Shown here in pieces: positions 1 to 11,700 of a DNA stretch of 64,000 nt. Below the pieces are notes generated by a model. The model had not been told where the DNA came from. It worked only from the letters and a program-made list of their open reading frames with translations, and ran no database searches. The number at the start of each line of letters is the position of its first letter. The stretch's first letter is position 1. A program made the translations under genes and the position numbers. Origin of the DNA: Trichosphaerium sp. ATCC 40318 (Eukaryota; Protista; Tubulinea); the NCBI GenBank assembly GCA_038496445.1, contig JALMLS010000204.1, positions 1 to 64,000 on the forward strand, read 5' to 3'.

Positions 1-717
1 GTTCGAAATAAATGCAGTTTTTTATGGTTCGCCACTCACAGTGACGCAAACTTAACAATTATGGTTCGTTCGTTAATAAAATCATCGCTAAAGACCATTC
101 CAAGCTACGTTTGCAGTAAATAAAAAACTGCTTGTTCGAAATTCTTTTCGATCACGTGATACGATAATACGGCGTAAGGTAATCTATTGAGGACATGGTT
201 GTATCAAATCGTTCGAAAAGAATCTTTTTACGTAAAAGCAGTCAATGAAAAGTAACGCAATGCGAAAAACATGAATGATTTCGCTTAAAAACCATCCCTA
301 ATTAGCACGTCAGATAACGGAGTGTACGTACCTTGTACTTTTTTGTACTCGGGGAGTTATTATTCTGAAGAAAGTATACAAAACACGGCAATTCCAAAAA
401 AAACTGCAAACAAATACTACACAAAGTGTCGGATTTCATTTAAAGATGGCACGTGTTTAGGGATAATAAGTAGAAGCATACAAGCACCCGTTTTGTAGCT
501 CTGAGAAATTGAGACTTCTGTCCGAGAATTTCTTTTAACTAGCTTTACTAGCGTTTACTTTTTTGCTGTCTGTGGCGTGCATATAAACATAACAAAGTTC
601 TTACTAAAATGAAGATGAAATCTGACGTCAGATCTCAAGCACTTGCGTTTTTGGGACTCATTCCGATCAATTTCTTCTCAAGACAGTAAATGCTTATTGA
701 CATAGGTCTTGTTTTAT

Positions 718-2414
718 TTAAAGAGCAGGTTCAGCGTTTTTACAAAGAGCTAAAAAGTCGCTAGAGAACCATTGACCAGCTTCAGGTGCAGGTACGACAC
801 TATCTTCAGAGCGACAGTGGAAGTCGTATCTTGTGGATGTGGTATTTGTGGTACCATCAGATTCACCTGTTGAGAAAGAATAGTTAACAAAAAATTGCGT
901 GATGGAATTTAGAGCTTACCAGGAACTTTGACGAAGATGAAAGCGTCAATGTTGCTCACACCAGTAGATTGAGTGCTTGTGGTTGGTCTTACACCTAATC
1001 CTGATCCCTTGATGTTACACCAGTTTGAGCAGTCTTGGCGAGTGTCTGGGTCACCGTTTCTTGATGTATCAATGACAAATGTCTTTCCTGTGATACCAGC
1101 TTGTTCTAGCGCTCCAGAGAGAAGGCTTGTGTAAATGACTTCATTGATGGCATTGTTGTATTGTGATTTTAGTTTACAAGGGTCAGCGGTACTGCTCATG
1201 GATCCAAGAGGTTGGTAGTTGGCGACCTTAATAAAAGATTAGAAAAAAAGCAGACAAAGTATCAACATACGTTTGTAGCGAAACCGCGGATCTTGTCGTT
1301 ACCACCAGCAAGAGCCAAGACTTTAGAGAATACAGCAGATGCTTTTTGGAGGTTGTCTGGCCATCCGAGCCAACCACCGTGAGCGGCATCAACGTATAAG
1401 TGTACGTTGCTTAGGGTAGACAATTGTTGGATAGCGTAAGCAACACCCTAATACATGTTAACGTTTATACGCCGGAATATTTTTTCCTTACTTGTGTGTA
1501 AGCGGTTTCAGCTTCTTGACACTTTTGAATAGCCAAGTTGGTAGCGAGATTAGGCAACGAATCAGGTTCTGTTTTTTTTCGAAAAAAAGTAAGTGGATTA
1601 TTCTTTCATTGAGATTTCATGAGAAGTGTTACGTACCAACAATACCAACGATTGTTTGGTTAGGAAATCTCTTGAATGTAGCAACAATAGGATCAATGTA
1701 CTTTGTTTTGTATGTATTCAAACCTGGTAACAGTTAGCAAAAAAGAAATTTCCGCCAACATGTTTTATTTAGGATAAAAGTTCTTTCGAACGCGCTTGTA
1801 CGTACCGTCAGCGCATGCAGCGTTTGCACATAATATCTCTCCGTTGGAGGCAGCAGCGGCGCAATCGCGGTTAGGTAAATCGTAGATTACGAACATCGTC
1901 AATTCACCAGCAGCTTTTGCATTTTCGAGGACTTTCAAAGCGCCTGGAATTTTCGACATTGAGTCCATCTAAAAAAAAAAAGCGCGTTACGGTTTGGTGA
2001 CACGTGATTTTTTCTGTTCGTAAACTTTTCGTTTGAAAAAGTTGGCAAACTTACCCAATACGCTACTGGGATGTCTCTGGCTTTCTCCAATAGAGATTTT
2101 TCTGAAGGATAATCTTTAATGGAAGAATCAACCTCCGCTTGGTAGTCTGGGTTTACAAAGAATGTCTCGCCCTCAAAAGGGTTTCCAGCTATCTTAGGCT
2201 AAGTTAAAGAGTAAGTTACTGGCCTTTTTAATAAGTTGTAGGAAAGTACTGACGGTTGGGACACGGGAAGTGAGTAAAAAAAGTTACGCCCCGTGGTATT
2301 CACTTTTTAAAGCGTGTGTAGCTCGTTGAGAGTGTTCAGTACCTGATTTACTAATACTTCTGCTGAAAATGCAAAAAGCGCAGCAACGGCGCATAGTAAT
2401 ACGAATGTTCTCAT
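718..2414 (-). CDS. Secreted glycoside hydrolase family 6 (cellobiohydrolase/endoglucanase), about 8 exons
   Basis: Spliced reading gives a signal peptide (MRTFVLLCAVAALFAFSA), then GNPFEGETFFVNPDY, VIYDLPNRDCAAAASNGE, EPDSLPNL, YVDAAHGGWLGW, RGFATNVANY, FVIDTSRNG, WCNIKGSGLG, VKVPGESDG and APEAGQWF, all GH6 hallmarks. GT-AG introns checked. Confidence 0.93.
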
Positions 2415-3265
2415 GTGCGGCCTTTGTTGTGGGATACTTTTGAAAAAATGGACAAAAACGTGAAAAAAAAATGTGATAGGAAAAGTTTTACTGCTGAAAA
2501 CGCGGGCCAACTCACTTTATAAAAAAAATAATATTGGTCACAGGAATACTAGCGCAGCGTACAATTTCTTACTACAACCAATAGGTACTGAGTCAATGTG
2601 TGCATCAAAAAACAGTCACTCAAAACTTTCGCACAGGTAAGTCGACCAACCTACTCCGTGAGCTGTTCTTATCTCTTCCATTGAGTATATTCACACAACA
2701 TAGACAGCTAAAATACCAGAGATAGTTATTTCAGCAAGCTACACGCTGCGTGTGACTTTTTAAGGTCCTAGTCGCACTAGCAAATATGTGCGCCCTTACT
2801 TTTAGGTAAAGCTGTAATGCCCTTCTATTTTATCAATTTTATATGCTAACGATACTTTCTATTCTGTTAACAGTAATTTGATACGGAATAGCCACAGACA
2901 GTGAACGTTATTTGTCTACTTTCAAACATAGCATCTATAGTAATAAGTGCGCTCTTGAGCATAATTGATAAAAGCACGTGGCGTCTTTACGCTTTTGCGA
3001 TGAGACGGATTTATTGTTTTTTTAAAATTGATTGATTGTCAGGATTTGCTAGCGCTGCACTAGCGTCCACCAACGCCAATACTAGCTCACATGGCACATC
3101 ACAGATATCAACTACAAACAATAAATGTGCGGTTTGGTTGATTAAAATCGCGAGGGTGGACAGGCTTCACAATTTTAAGCTTAACAAAGCCTACTGTAGC
3201 GTAAAGCACATTTGATTGTGAAGGAAATCTTAATACAATAGGTTAAGGAAGTTTATTCAGAGTAG

Positions 3266-4750
3266 CTACACTTCAAGGAACATAAAAACTTGGTCTTCTT
3301 CATACTCTACCAGTTTTATATCGGTTTCATAAAGTGTATTAGCAAATTTTTGTGATACATTTGTGCAAAAAATACACAACACCTTGACACCACCAGAAAT
3401 AAGTGGTACAAGCCATTCATCTGTTGCATTTGTTGAGGACAGATCAATGGTATGAACACCTGCAATACTTTTCATACATGTTCCAGTGATACCTTTACAA
3501 GAAGCAAGGCCTAATTTATGTACACCAGCAAGTGCTGAGACTCCTTTGTCTGTAACTGATGTATGTTTTAAATCTATAACATGTACACCGCCCAATGCCA
3601 AGATACCTAAATCGGTGACTTTTGTACTATCCAAGCATATAGTATGAACGCCTGCTAGTGCCGAAACTCCTGCATCTGTGACGTTTGTTTCATCCAGTAG
3701 TATTTCATGGACACCAGCTAGAGCTATAATAGCTTCATCTGTTACTGGCATTTCGTTCAAGTCTATGGAATAAACACCAGCTAATGCTGAAATACCCTTG
3801 TCTGAGATCAATGTTTCTGTTAAATCTATAGTATGTACACCAGCTAGTGCTGAAACTCCAACGTCAGTTATTGTTTGTACCGAAACCACAGTTATTTGAT
3901 GAACCCCTGCCAATGGTGAAATGCCTTTATCAGTGACTGATGTACCGTTCAAGTAAATGGTATGTACACCTGCCAATGCTTTAACACCCTCATCTGTTAT
4001 AAGCTCACACTGGTTCAAACATATAAAGTGTACACCAGCCAATGCTATCAAACCGTCATCTGTAACTGATGTATTAGAAAAATCTATTTTGTATACTCCT
4101 GCAAGTGAAGAAACACCTGCACTTGTGAAATTCTTACAAGAACGCAAAGCTAAGGTATGCACTCCAGCATATCCACATAATATATCATCACTAATAGTGA
4201 CGCCGTCCATTTTGATCTTTTGTACCCCAGCTAGTGCTTTCAGCCCAATCTCAGTTACTTCAGGACGACTAAAGAAATCTATTGATTGAAGGTGTTTTGA
4301 GAGTTGCACGAGTGCTGAGTCTGTGATACCTGGACAACGAAAGGAACTCAAATGCTTTACTCCACATATAGACTTGACTCCCAAGTCTGTTATACAGTCG
4401 TTCTCGCATAGTTCTAGTTTATTAACACCAGAAAGAAGAGCAAGATCTGAATCTGTAGCTCTTCTAAAATACTTAAATGATATTGTTGTATTTTTAAGAA
4501 GCGGGCTACCAGCAAGCCGAGAACAACATGAGGTTGACTTAACCATAATGCGATTAAATCCAACATGGTGGAGTATGATAGTCAAGAGCAAGTTACAGGT
4601 TCTAGAAACGAGAAACCGAGAGGAAACATCCACAAACGTCAGTATATGAGCGATTATCTCTGTTGGAATATCTAGAAGCTCAATATTTCGATTTTTGAGC
4701 TCAAATAGTTCAAGCAAAGCTTCAGCTTTGTTCTTCGCTCCATTATACCC
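3266..4750 (-). CDS. F-box + leucine-rich-repeat protein (approx. 23-aa LAGVHTIxLxxTxVTDxG repeats); 5' exon not resolved
   Basis: F-box LLDIPTEIIAHILTFV...LVSRTC followed by many regular LRRs in one long exon. A splice acceptor lies near 4751. Confidence 0.85.
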   Translation of the reverse strand, partial: GYNGAKNKAEALLELFELKNRNIELLDIPTEIIAHILTFVDVSSRFLVSRTCNLLLTIILHHVGFNRIMVKSTSCCSRLAGSPLLKNTTISFKYFRRATDSDLALLSGVNKLELCENDCITDLGVKSICGVKHLSSFRCPGITDSALVQLSKHLQSIDFFSRPEVTEIGLKALAGVQKIKMDGVTISDDILCGYAGVHTLALRSCKNFTSAGVSSLAGVYKIDFSNTSVTDDGLIALAGVHFICLNQCELITDEGVKALAGVHTIYLNGTSVTDKGISPLAGVHQITVVSVQTITDVGVSALAGVHTIDLTETLISDKGISALAGVYSIDLNEMPVTDEAIIALAGVHEILLDETNVTDAGVSALAGVHTICLDSTKVTDLGILALGGVHVIDLKHTSVTDKGVSALAGVHKLGLASCKGITGTCMKSIAGVHTIDLSSTNATDEWLVPLISGGVKVLCIFCTNVSQKFANTLYETDIKLVEYEEDQVFMFLEV

Positions 4751-5215
4751 TGAGGATAGTCAGAAAGTGGTTTTACGTAACGAATAGACTTTATTTTAGG
4801 GTCAGTACCTTTTCACCTGTTTATGTTTCGAAGCTGAGAAATTGGTTGAAAAAGTCAACAATTATCTCGATTCTGCCACCGTCCACTCACATTGCCCCAC
4901 GTGTATAGACACTGTTGGTTGTGTTCAAACGTGAACTTAGTTACTATGAATAATGGTGATTGAGAGAACCCGCCAAAAACTATCGGGTTGTGACACCTTT
5001 ATTCACTAAAATGTCAGTTAATATACCTCCTATCGGGTCGTTATTACCAGTTTTGTTGTATTCTCATTGTCTGACTGATATGTGTACATAAGTTTGAGTT
5101 CAATTTCACTTAGGTCACTCCGTTATGCTAACATTTCTGATATCAGAACGTATTACGGCTACCCGCTTAAAGGAAAATAACTTACAATTATTTGGTGGAG
5201 ATGAAGTTAGCAGGT

Positions 5216-6684
5216 TTAATTCATTGTAATAGTGCTTGTGTATGTATTACTATCGAACTGTACAGTAGCTTTGGTCCATTTACGAACAAATACACCACTG
5301 TTAGTTGATGTCTCATGACAAACCTCTGTTGGTGTTCCATAGTCAACCTTGAGTTCATCTGGAAACAAGTATGGTTTGCCTTTAGCTCCTGGAGGATCTG
5401 AACCTGAAGAACAACCGCTCCAACCATATCCAATCCATGCATAAGGTCCTCTAACAAGTAGGAAACCCGCCAAGTCTTCTTTGAACTGAGGAAGAGGAGA
5501 TACAGCTCTATCTGTTGTTGTGTACTAAAACAAAACTCAGTGTTCATATTTGGTATACTGTTCTAACCGTGTAGTACAGAGCATTGGTATATGCTTCAGA
5601 GGTATTGCTACATTCAGCTCTGAATGTAAGGGCGCATTTTTCTTTCGTAGGTGTTGAAAAATCAGTGAATTGTTGCGAACTCCATCCTCCTTTTCCGGCA
5701 ATAGCAGCATGCACTTTGGCAATATTTGCTTTCCAACTAGTATAAATGGCTGTGGTGTCAGTTTGCGTGAGCCCCATATCTGCGGTGCAATAGTAGTCTT
5801 CTTCAGTGGCGCCACCTACGAAAGACTTAGATTGGCCATATTTGATTATAAAATACAAACCGTATTTGTAGTGATCGCAGAATCCTTGGTTCGGCTCCCA
5901 TTTTTTTCGTGCGTTAGGGAAATCAGTCCACCCATCATCAAGGTAAAACCCAGATATTTGATCGTTACCGAGGCCTAGTACGTTTAGACAAACACAAACA
6001 CTTTAATAGAAAACCTGTTTCACCAAGAATCACGTGATCGATCAAATAATCCGTCAAAGTCGTATTTCGATGATCCCAAAGGTATTCACCACATGGAACA
6101 CCTCCACAGTCGCATAGACTATTACAAGAACCATCTCCGTGAGGATGATGAGGTGTTTGACCTTGATCGTGATAAAACTCTGAACAAAGAGGCGGGTTGT
6201 AGGTTTTATCACATTGTGGTACGTGATAGTTGTTTTTTCCAGAGAACTTTAAAAACCACCCTGCGTAAGCAGCGTCTGTTATTTTCGTGCGAACATTCGT
6301 ATACCAAGGAAGCGCTGTCACGTGGGTTTAGTAAAGGAAGAAAAAAACAAAATGAAAAGTCGGTTTACCTTTGACAAGGTTTCTGTACACGAAAACTTTT
6401 GTTTTCGGATTCACAGCCTTTACACGTTTCACTTGTTCCACCAGTAGCTCTTCGCAGTTCATTGGTTTTGCGTTAGCCCATAACTGCTTCGCATTACTCC
6501 AATCGAAATCAGCAATACCAAACTGAGCTGCAAAGTTAGCATCAAAGAAGCCGGAGTAGTCATTACAAGGCATAAATATCGTTGACATTTGCATGTCATA
6601 CGTTGGCGTCCAATTTGGCGTTGTACCGCAATAGCCGAACTCCAACAAGGTGATGAACAGTACCAGATATATGTTGCGTATCAT
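5216..6684 (-). CDS. Secreted putative glycoside hydrolase (GHL15/GH168-like)
   Basis: Signal peptide; VKRVKAVNPKTKVFVYRN; YLWDHRN; GFYLDD; C-terminal AGFLLVRGPYAWIGYGW...DYGTPTEVCHET..GVFVRKWTKATV. This resembles the hypothetical glycosyl hydrolase family 15 architecture (recognised from memory, not searched). Confidence 0.55.
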
Positions 6685-7310
6685 ATGTTGGTTTGGGTAA
6701 TGGCTGCTTATTTCATATGTGCACTGCCTTAGAAAACTGCTATTTCTTTAAGTGTAACAAAAAAGTAGTTCGACCTTTCGCAATAGTGCTTGCCAATCTC
6801 AAAGACTAAATATTATTAATACGCGAGTATACTATTTATCGTTGTAGTGGGATTATTCTACTGGTTTTTCCGTTTTCTTTTATTTTTTTTTGAAGTTGTA
6901 CAAGTTAGAGATAAGATAACCAAGGAACTATTTGCGATTTGTAAGTCTGTACGTTCTGCGTTATGATTGTGGATAATGTAACGTAGTTCTACACGAGAAA
7001 AACGTCTTGCATAAGGTATCTATGAGAATAAAGTAAGTATGCCAAAAAAAAAAGACTTCTAATAATAGATTACGACTGAGGCTTTCAAAGACAATGTAAA
7101 GAATCTGAACACCTTTAATGTCTACTTGTAAAATACGTACAGGTTTTGCACTTATAGGTACTGTAATATTAAAACCCCTAGTAATTGTGAGCAATAAATA
7201 CAGCTGCTTTTCATTAAACTTGCCAGCACATTCACTTGTTTTAAGTGGAGTGTTTATTTTGCTACAAAGATTTATACATAATATTTTACAAAAAAAAAGA
7301 GGCAACAATG

Positions 7311-8576
7311 CTAAATCGAAATAACACCCTTTTCTACATCAACAACACTATTAGTGTTGGATGCTTTTTGAAGATTTGCGTCCCTACGCCTTTGGTTCTT
7401 TTTCTTGTACGCTTTTTGCTGGAAATGCTTCAATCCAAGTGCGAAGATAACTAAACCAAAAAGGTTAAAACAATCCAAGAAAAAGTAAAACATTAAGTTG
7501 CAATGCGACGTACCTGTTGTGTATACAACACTAAGAAGTATTTGTAGTGTAACTATAATATAAACAAACCATTTAACAGGTGTGATATCACCATATCCGA
7601 CTAGGAGTGTTAGAAGACTTAACAGAAAAACAAAGAAAAAAGCTAGGGTCAGCGCGGAATCTAAAAAAGAAGTCAGCGCTCAAACAAACCAACACATAAA
7701 AAAATAATATTCTAGAAGAACTTACGTTATGGTATAGATACCAGCAAATAAGAATATTGTACTCAAGAAACTCTGAGCTAAAAAGTAGCCAGATACAGTA
7801 CGATGAAGTACTTGTTTTGTAAGCTTTATAGATACAACCACTATAAGTATAGACAGGAGAAACTAGATAAGAAGCGTAAGCAGTAAGACTTCTCAAAAAT
7901 GAGAGAAAAAAAAAGAATAATCAATGATTCACGTGCCTGGAATGAACCCATGACAACAAAACCAATTATATCACCTGTACTTAGTTTTGTAGATGCACTT
8001 GAAGTGTTTTTTTTAAAACCTAGAGCTCATGGTAAGCAGAAATTTTAAATTAAATATAAAACTTTTTATTTGAAAGTTTTAATAAAAATCAATTACCTGA
8101 TTCTATCCACGTGAGTACGATAACATTAAGAACCTGCCATGCCAGGGTAAAGAAAAAAATATTGTTAACGAGCCAGTATGGTAGTTTAGTCTTTTTGGTC
8201 GGAGTCTACGAATATAAGTTACGAAGTCTTAAATTTCCATAGAAAAGTACGAGCAAACACTGCGAGCGCTTAACGTACGTATAGGATATCTTGACCACGA
8301 ATTTTAGATGTCACAAAATGTAAATCAGTTTGTATACGCTGAATAGCTTGAACTAGCTCTTGTAGATCATATCTATTGAGTCTTGGGAATTGTTAGTGAC
8401 CGGAATATAATATTTTGTTATTTGCTTGCAATTGAAGCGAATTTCGCTACGTACGCGTATTCACCTCCATCACCATCCGTAATTTCTAGGTGGGAGAGGA
8501 AAGGTTGTTTTGAATCTTCATCTTCTTCTTCTGGCTTTATAAATAAGCCTTTTACCTTTCTAGCGATTCTTTGCAT
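7311..8576 (-). CDS. Multi-exon membrane protein of unknown function
   Basis: ATG at 8576 (MQRIARKVKGLFIKPEEDEDS...), several GT/GC-AG introns, hydrophobic exons, and a last exon FLDCFNLFGLVIFALGLK...VISI*. Confidence 0.55.
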
Positions 8577-8607
8577 TGCAAAAAAGTAAGGCGTTCGTGT
8601 ATTGTTG

Positions 8608-8623
8608 AAGAATAAGAGAATTA
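8608..8623. repeat. Left target-site duplication of the LINE (AAGAATAAGAGAATTA)
   Basis: Identical 16-mer at 16775-16790. Confidence 0.95.
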
Positions 8624-8729
8624 GTTAGTTAGTTTATTGTTATTTTGTTAAGGCAGGTCATTGAACAAAGCGCCCTAAAGTCGCATTCTCTTCCCCTGAA
8701 GATTGTTCGATTCTGCCGTGTTAGATTTA

Positions 8730-11700
8730 TTATTTACCTCTATCAATTGGAAAAATTTCAGTAATTGGTATATTACCGTATCTGATATTCCAGCGTATGT
8801 AATCTGTGCTTACGTATTGTTTAAGGTGTTTCTTTATTTTTATTGTTCTATTGCACCTTACGCGGTATTTTTCGTATAGTAATCTCGTATATAATGTGTT
8901 GAGTTTATTCGCTAATTTTGTGGCAGATGCAGGTTCGATTTCGAAGTTTGTTTCTAGTTCTTTTACAAATTTTTTAGTTACGTATCCTTGTGCTCCACGG
9001 TATAGGTTCGGGTCGTTAGCTTCTTCTTCAGTAGTGAATATCCATTTCACTTTGAATGGTTTTGGGTTATTAATTTCTTTTTTTCCTATTATCGCTAGTT
9101 CTAATCTTTCGTTTGACGGTTCCTCCTTTCGGAACCATTTACATTTACAGAAGGAGTTCTTTGGGTTCACAATATTGTTGTATTTCTTTTTATTGCTTAC
9201 TTTATCCTCTACGTTGTTTTTTAGGTGTTCTTGCGTTATTCGGTTTGCGTGATGTTGCAGTCTTTCAAAGAAGTATGTTGAGTGACATAAGACAAAGTGC
9301 GTAAAGTTTTCTTCTTTTTCTAATTTCTTACGGGATTGGCATATAGAACAAAAAGGATTAGGGTACATTTTCATGTATCTCGCTTGAGTGATTGGGAATT
9401 TTATATGTTTACCTTTTTTATGCATGAAATTATTTAATGGAAGGCCGTTGCTTCTTACTTTTAACAGCCATGACGATATCGTTCTGTCAATATGTAGTTT
9501 ATTTTCTGTAACGCTGGCTTTGAAATTGATATTTTTTCTCGTTCTACAGTGTTTGTTAGAGTTCTCTTCGAGTTTGTCGAAAAAATATTCTGTAAAGCTA
9601 TTTGTTACATGTTCTCTCAATCCTGATTCAAGTATGGATCCATTGAACGTTATATTCCAGTTTGGTAGACCTTTTGGGATTCCTATAACTTTATTGTTAC
9701 TTCTTTCTTTATCCGCTAGTTTGTCTGCTTTAAAATTCATTAGTAAGAGTTTTTGCGTGATGATGGTACCGTGTTTACTTTCCAGTTGTTTGATTCGTTT
9801 AACGATATTAGGTTTATTAGCTTTTATTTTATCTTCTAGGGTGTGACTAGGCACCCATAAGAATCTAATTGGTTCCGATCTTTTATTAATTTCTCTGTGG
9901 ATTCTGTTAATGGTATGGTAATGCGGTTTGTTTATCTTTTTCTTTTTTGGCCAGTTATTCCAGTTGATGATAGATTCTATTGCTGATGTACAGTCTGAGG
10001 CAATCATTATTTTGGTGTCTAATGGAGATATTTTTAGTACTACTTCTATTGCTTCTAATTCCGCGTTAATTGACGTTTTGTTAAATAAAACTGGGAGGCT
10101 AATGTTGATATTATTTGGGGCATATATGCCTATACCTGCTTCGCCTTTATTTGATAGAGAGCCATCTGTAGCTATTGTGATATATTCATTGATGATGAGA
10201 GCGTTATTGTTGAATTCGGTTTTATCTCTTCTTGTCATTTTTCTTTCTATCTTTGATAATTCGTAATTGTGTTGTAATCTTAGGCCTGTTTTTTTTAGTA
10301 ATTCTGAGGCAATCGTTACCGAGTCTGAGTTTATATCAATATCTAATTCTTCATTTGTATTACATGAGGTACAGTACGTGGGTGAAGAGAAACATCTTCT
10401 TTCCGTGATTTTCCGTAGTGCTATATTGTCTGAATTTAGGCATTTTGAGATTAGGTTATTAACGTAACCCACTGTCTGATTTACGAAGAGGGATTTTAGG
10501 TTAGCGCCTGTAAGGGGTATTAGGAATCTTGCATTGAGAAGGTTATGACGTAGTTTGGCTGAGCCTTTAATTATACCTATTGCGTTGTTGTCCATTTCGT
10601 TAAGTGCTTCATTTCCCAAAAAGATCGAGGTGCTTACAAAATCTACAGCTGGATTAATTACTGTATTGATTAGTTTAACTTTGTTGTGTACCGATAGTTT
10701 ATTAGACCAAAGCGTCTTAAGTCTTTTTCTGTGAGTAGCAACTGTTTTATTTATCTGTTTTGTAAAGTCAAGGTTTGCATTCGTTAAAATACCTAGGTCT
10801 TTGTAATTTGTTTTTTCGTCTATGACCGGTATGATTTTGTCTTTCCAGATTAATGATGGTATGTTTTTCAAGTTTACGTACTTGTTGTATGTTAGGGCTG
10901 ATTTGGAGCAGTTTATTTCCATTCCGAAAAAAGAGCACCATTTTTTTAGTATTTTGAACATTTTTTCCATGTCTTGTTTAGATTTGGCCATAATTTTCAG
11001 GTCATCCGCATATGCTAGCACTGCAATTATGATATCTGACCACATATACCCCAGGTTAGATTGTTCTAATTCTTTAAGTAAGACGTTAATGAAAAGGGAG
11101 AAAAGGATAGGGCTTATTACGTCACCTTGTCTAACGCCTTTGTTTATGGGAAATTTCTTTGATCCTACTGGGATATTTAACTCTGTACTCACATCTTTCA
11201 GTAGGGACATAATTATGTCGCACCATTCTTTGGATAGTCCTTGTATTTTCAGTGCTGCCAGAAGGGCCCAGAATTGTACCGAATCGTAAGCCTTCTTGAA
11301 ATCTATGTAAAGGATAAATAAAGGTTTTTTTTTTAAATTTGCGTCTTCTAGTATTTGGTGATACATTTTGTGAGCCATGTGGATCGATCTATTGTTATAG
11401 AACCCAAATTGGAAATCTGATATTACCTTGTTCCTCCTTAGGATACTTGTTAGTCTCTTCGTTATAAGTGTGCTGTAGATTTTGTACATCGAGTTTAAGA
11501 GGCATATTGGGCGGTATTGTGAGACGTCATCCTTTTTCTGTTTGTTTTTTTCAAGAAGGATCATCGTTGATTCTTTCCATTGCCCTGGTATTTTCTTTGT
11601 TTTGAGGCATATGTTGCATAAGTTCTTTATTATTTTTATATTGTCGTATGAAAGTTCTTTATATATTTCGGCTCCTAGGCCAGTCGTACCTGGTGCTTTG

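Noticed and set aside
3957-4649. Plus-strand repeat ORFs (CTPANA...)
   Set aside because: They are antisense shadows of the LRR gene.
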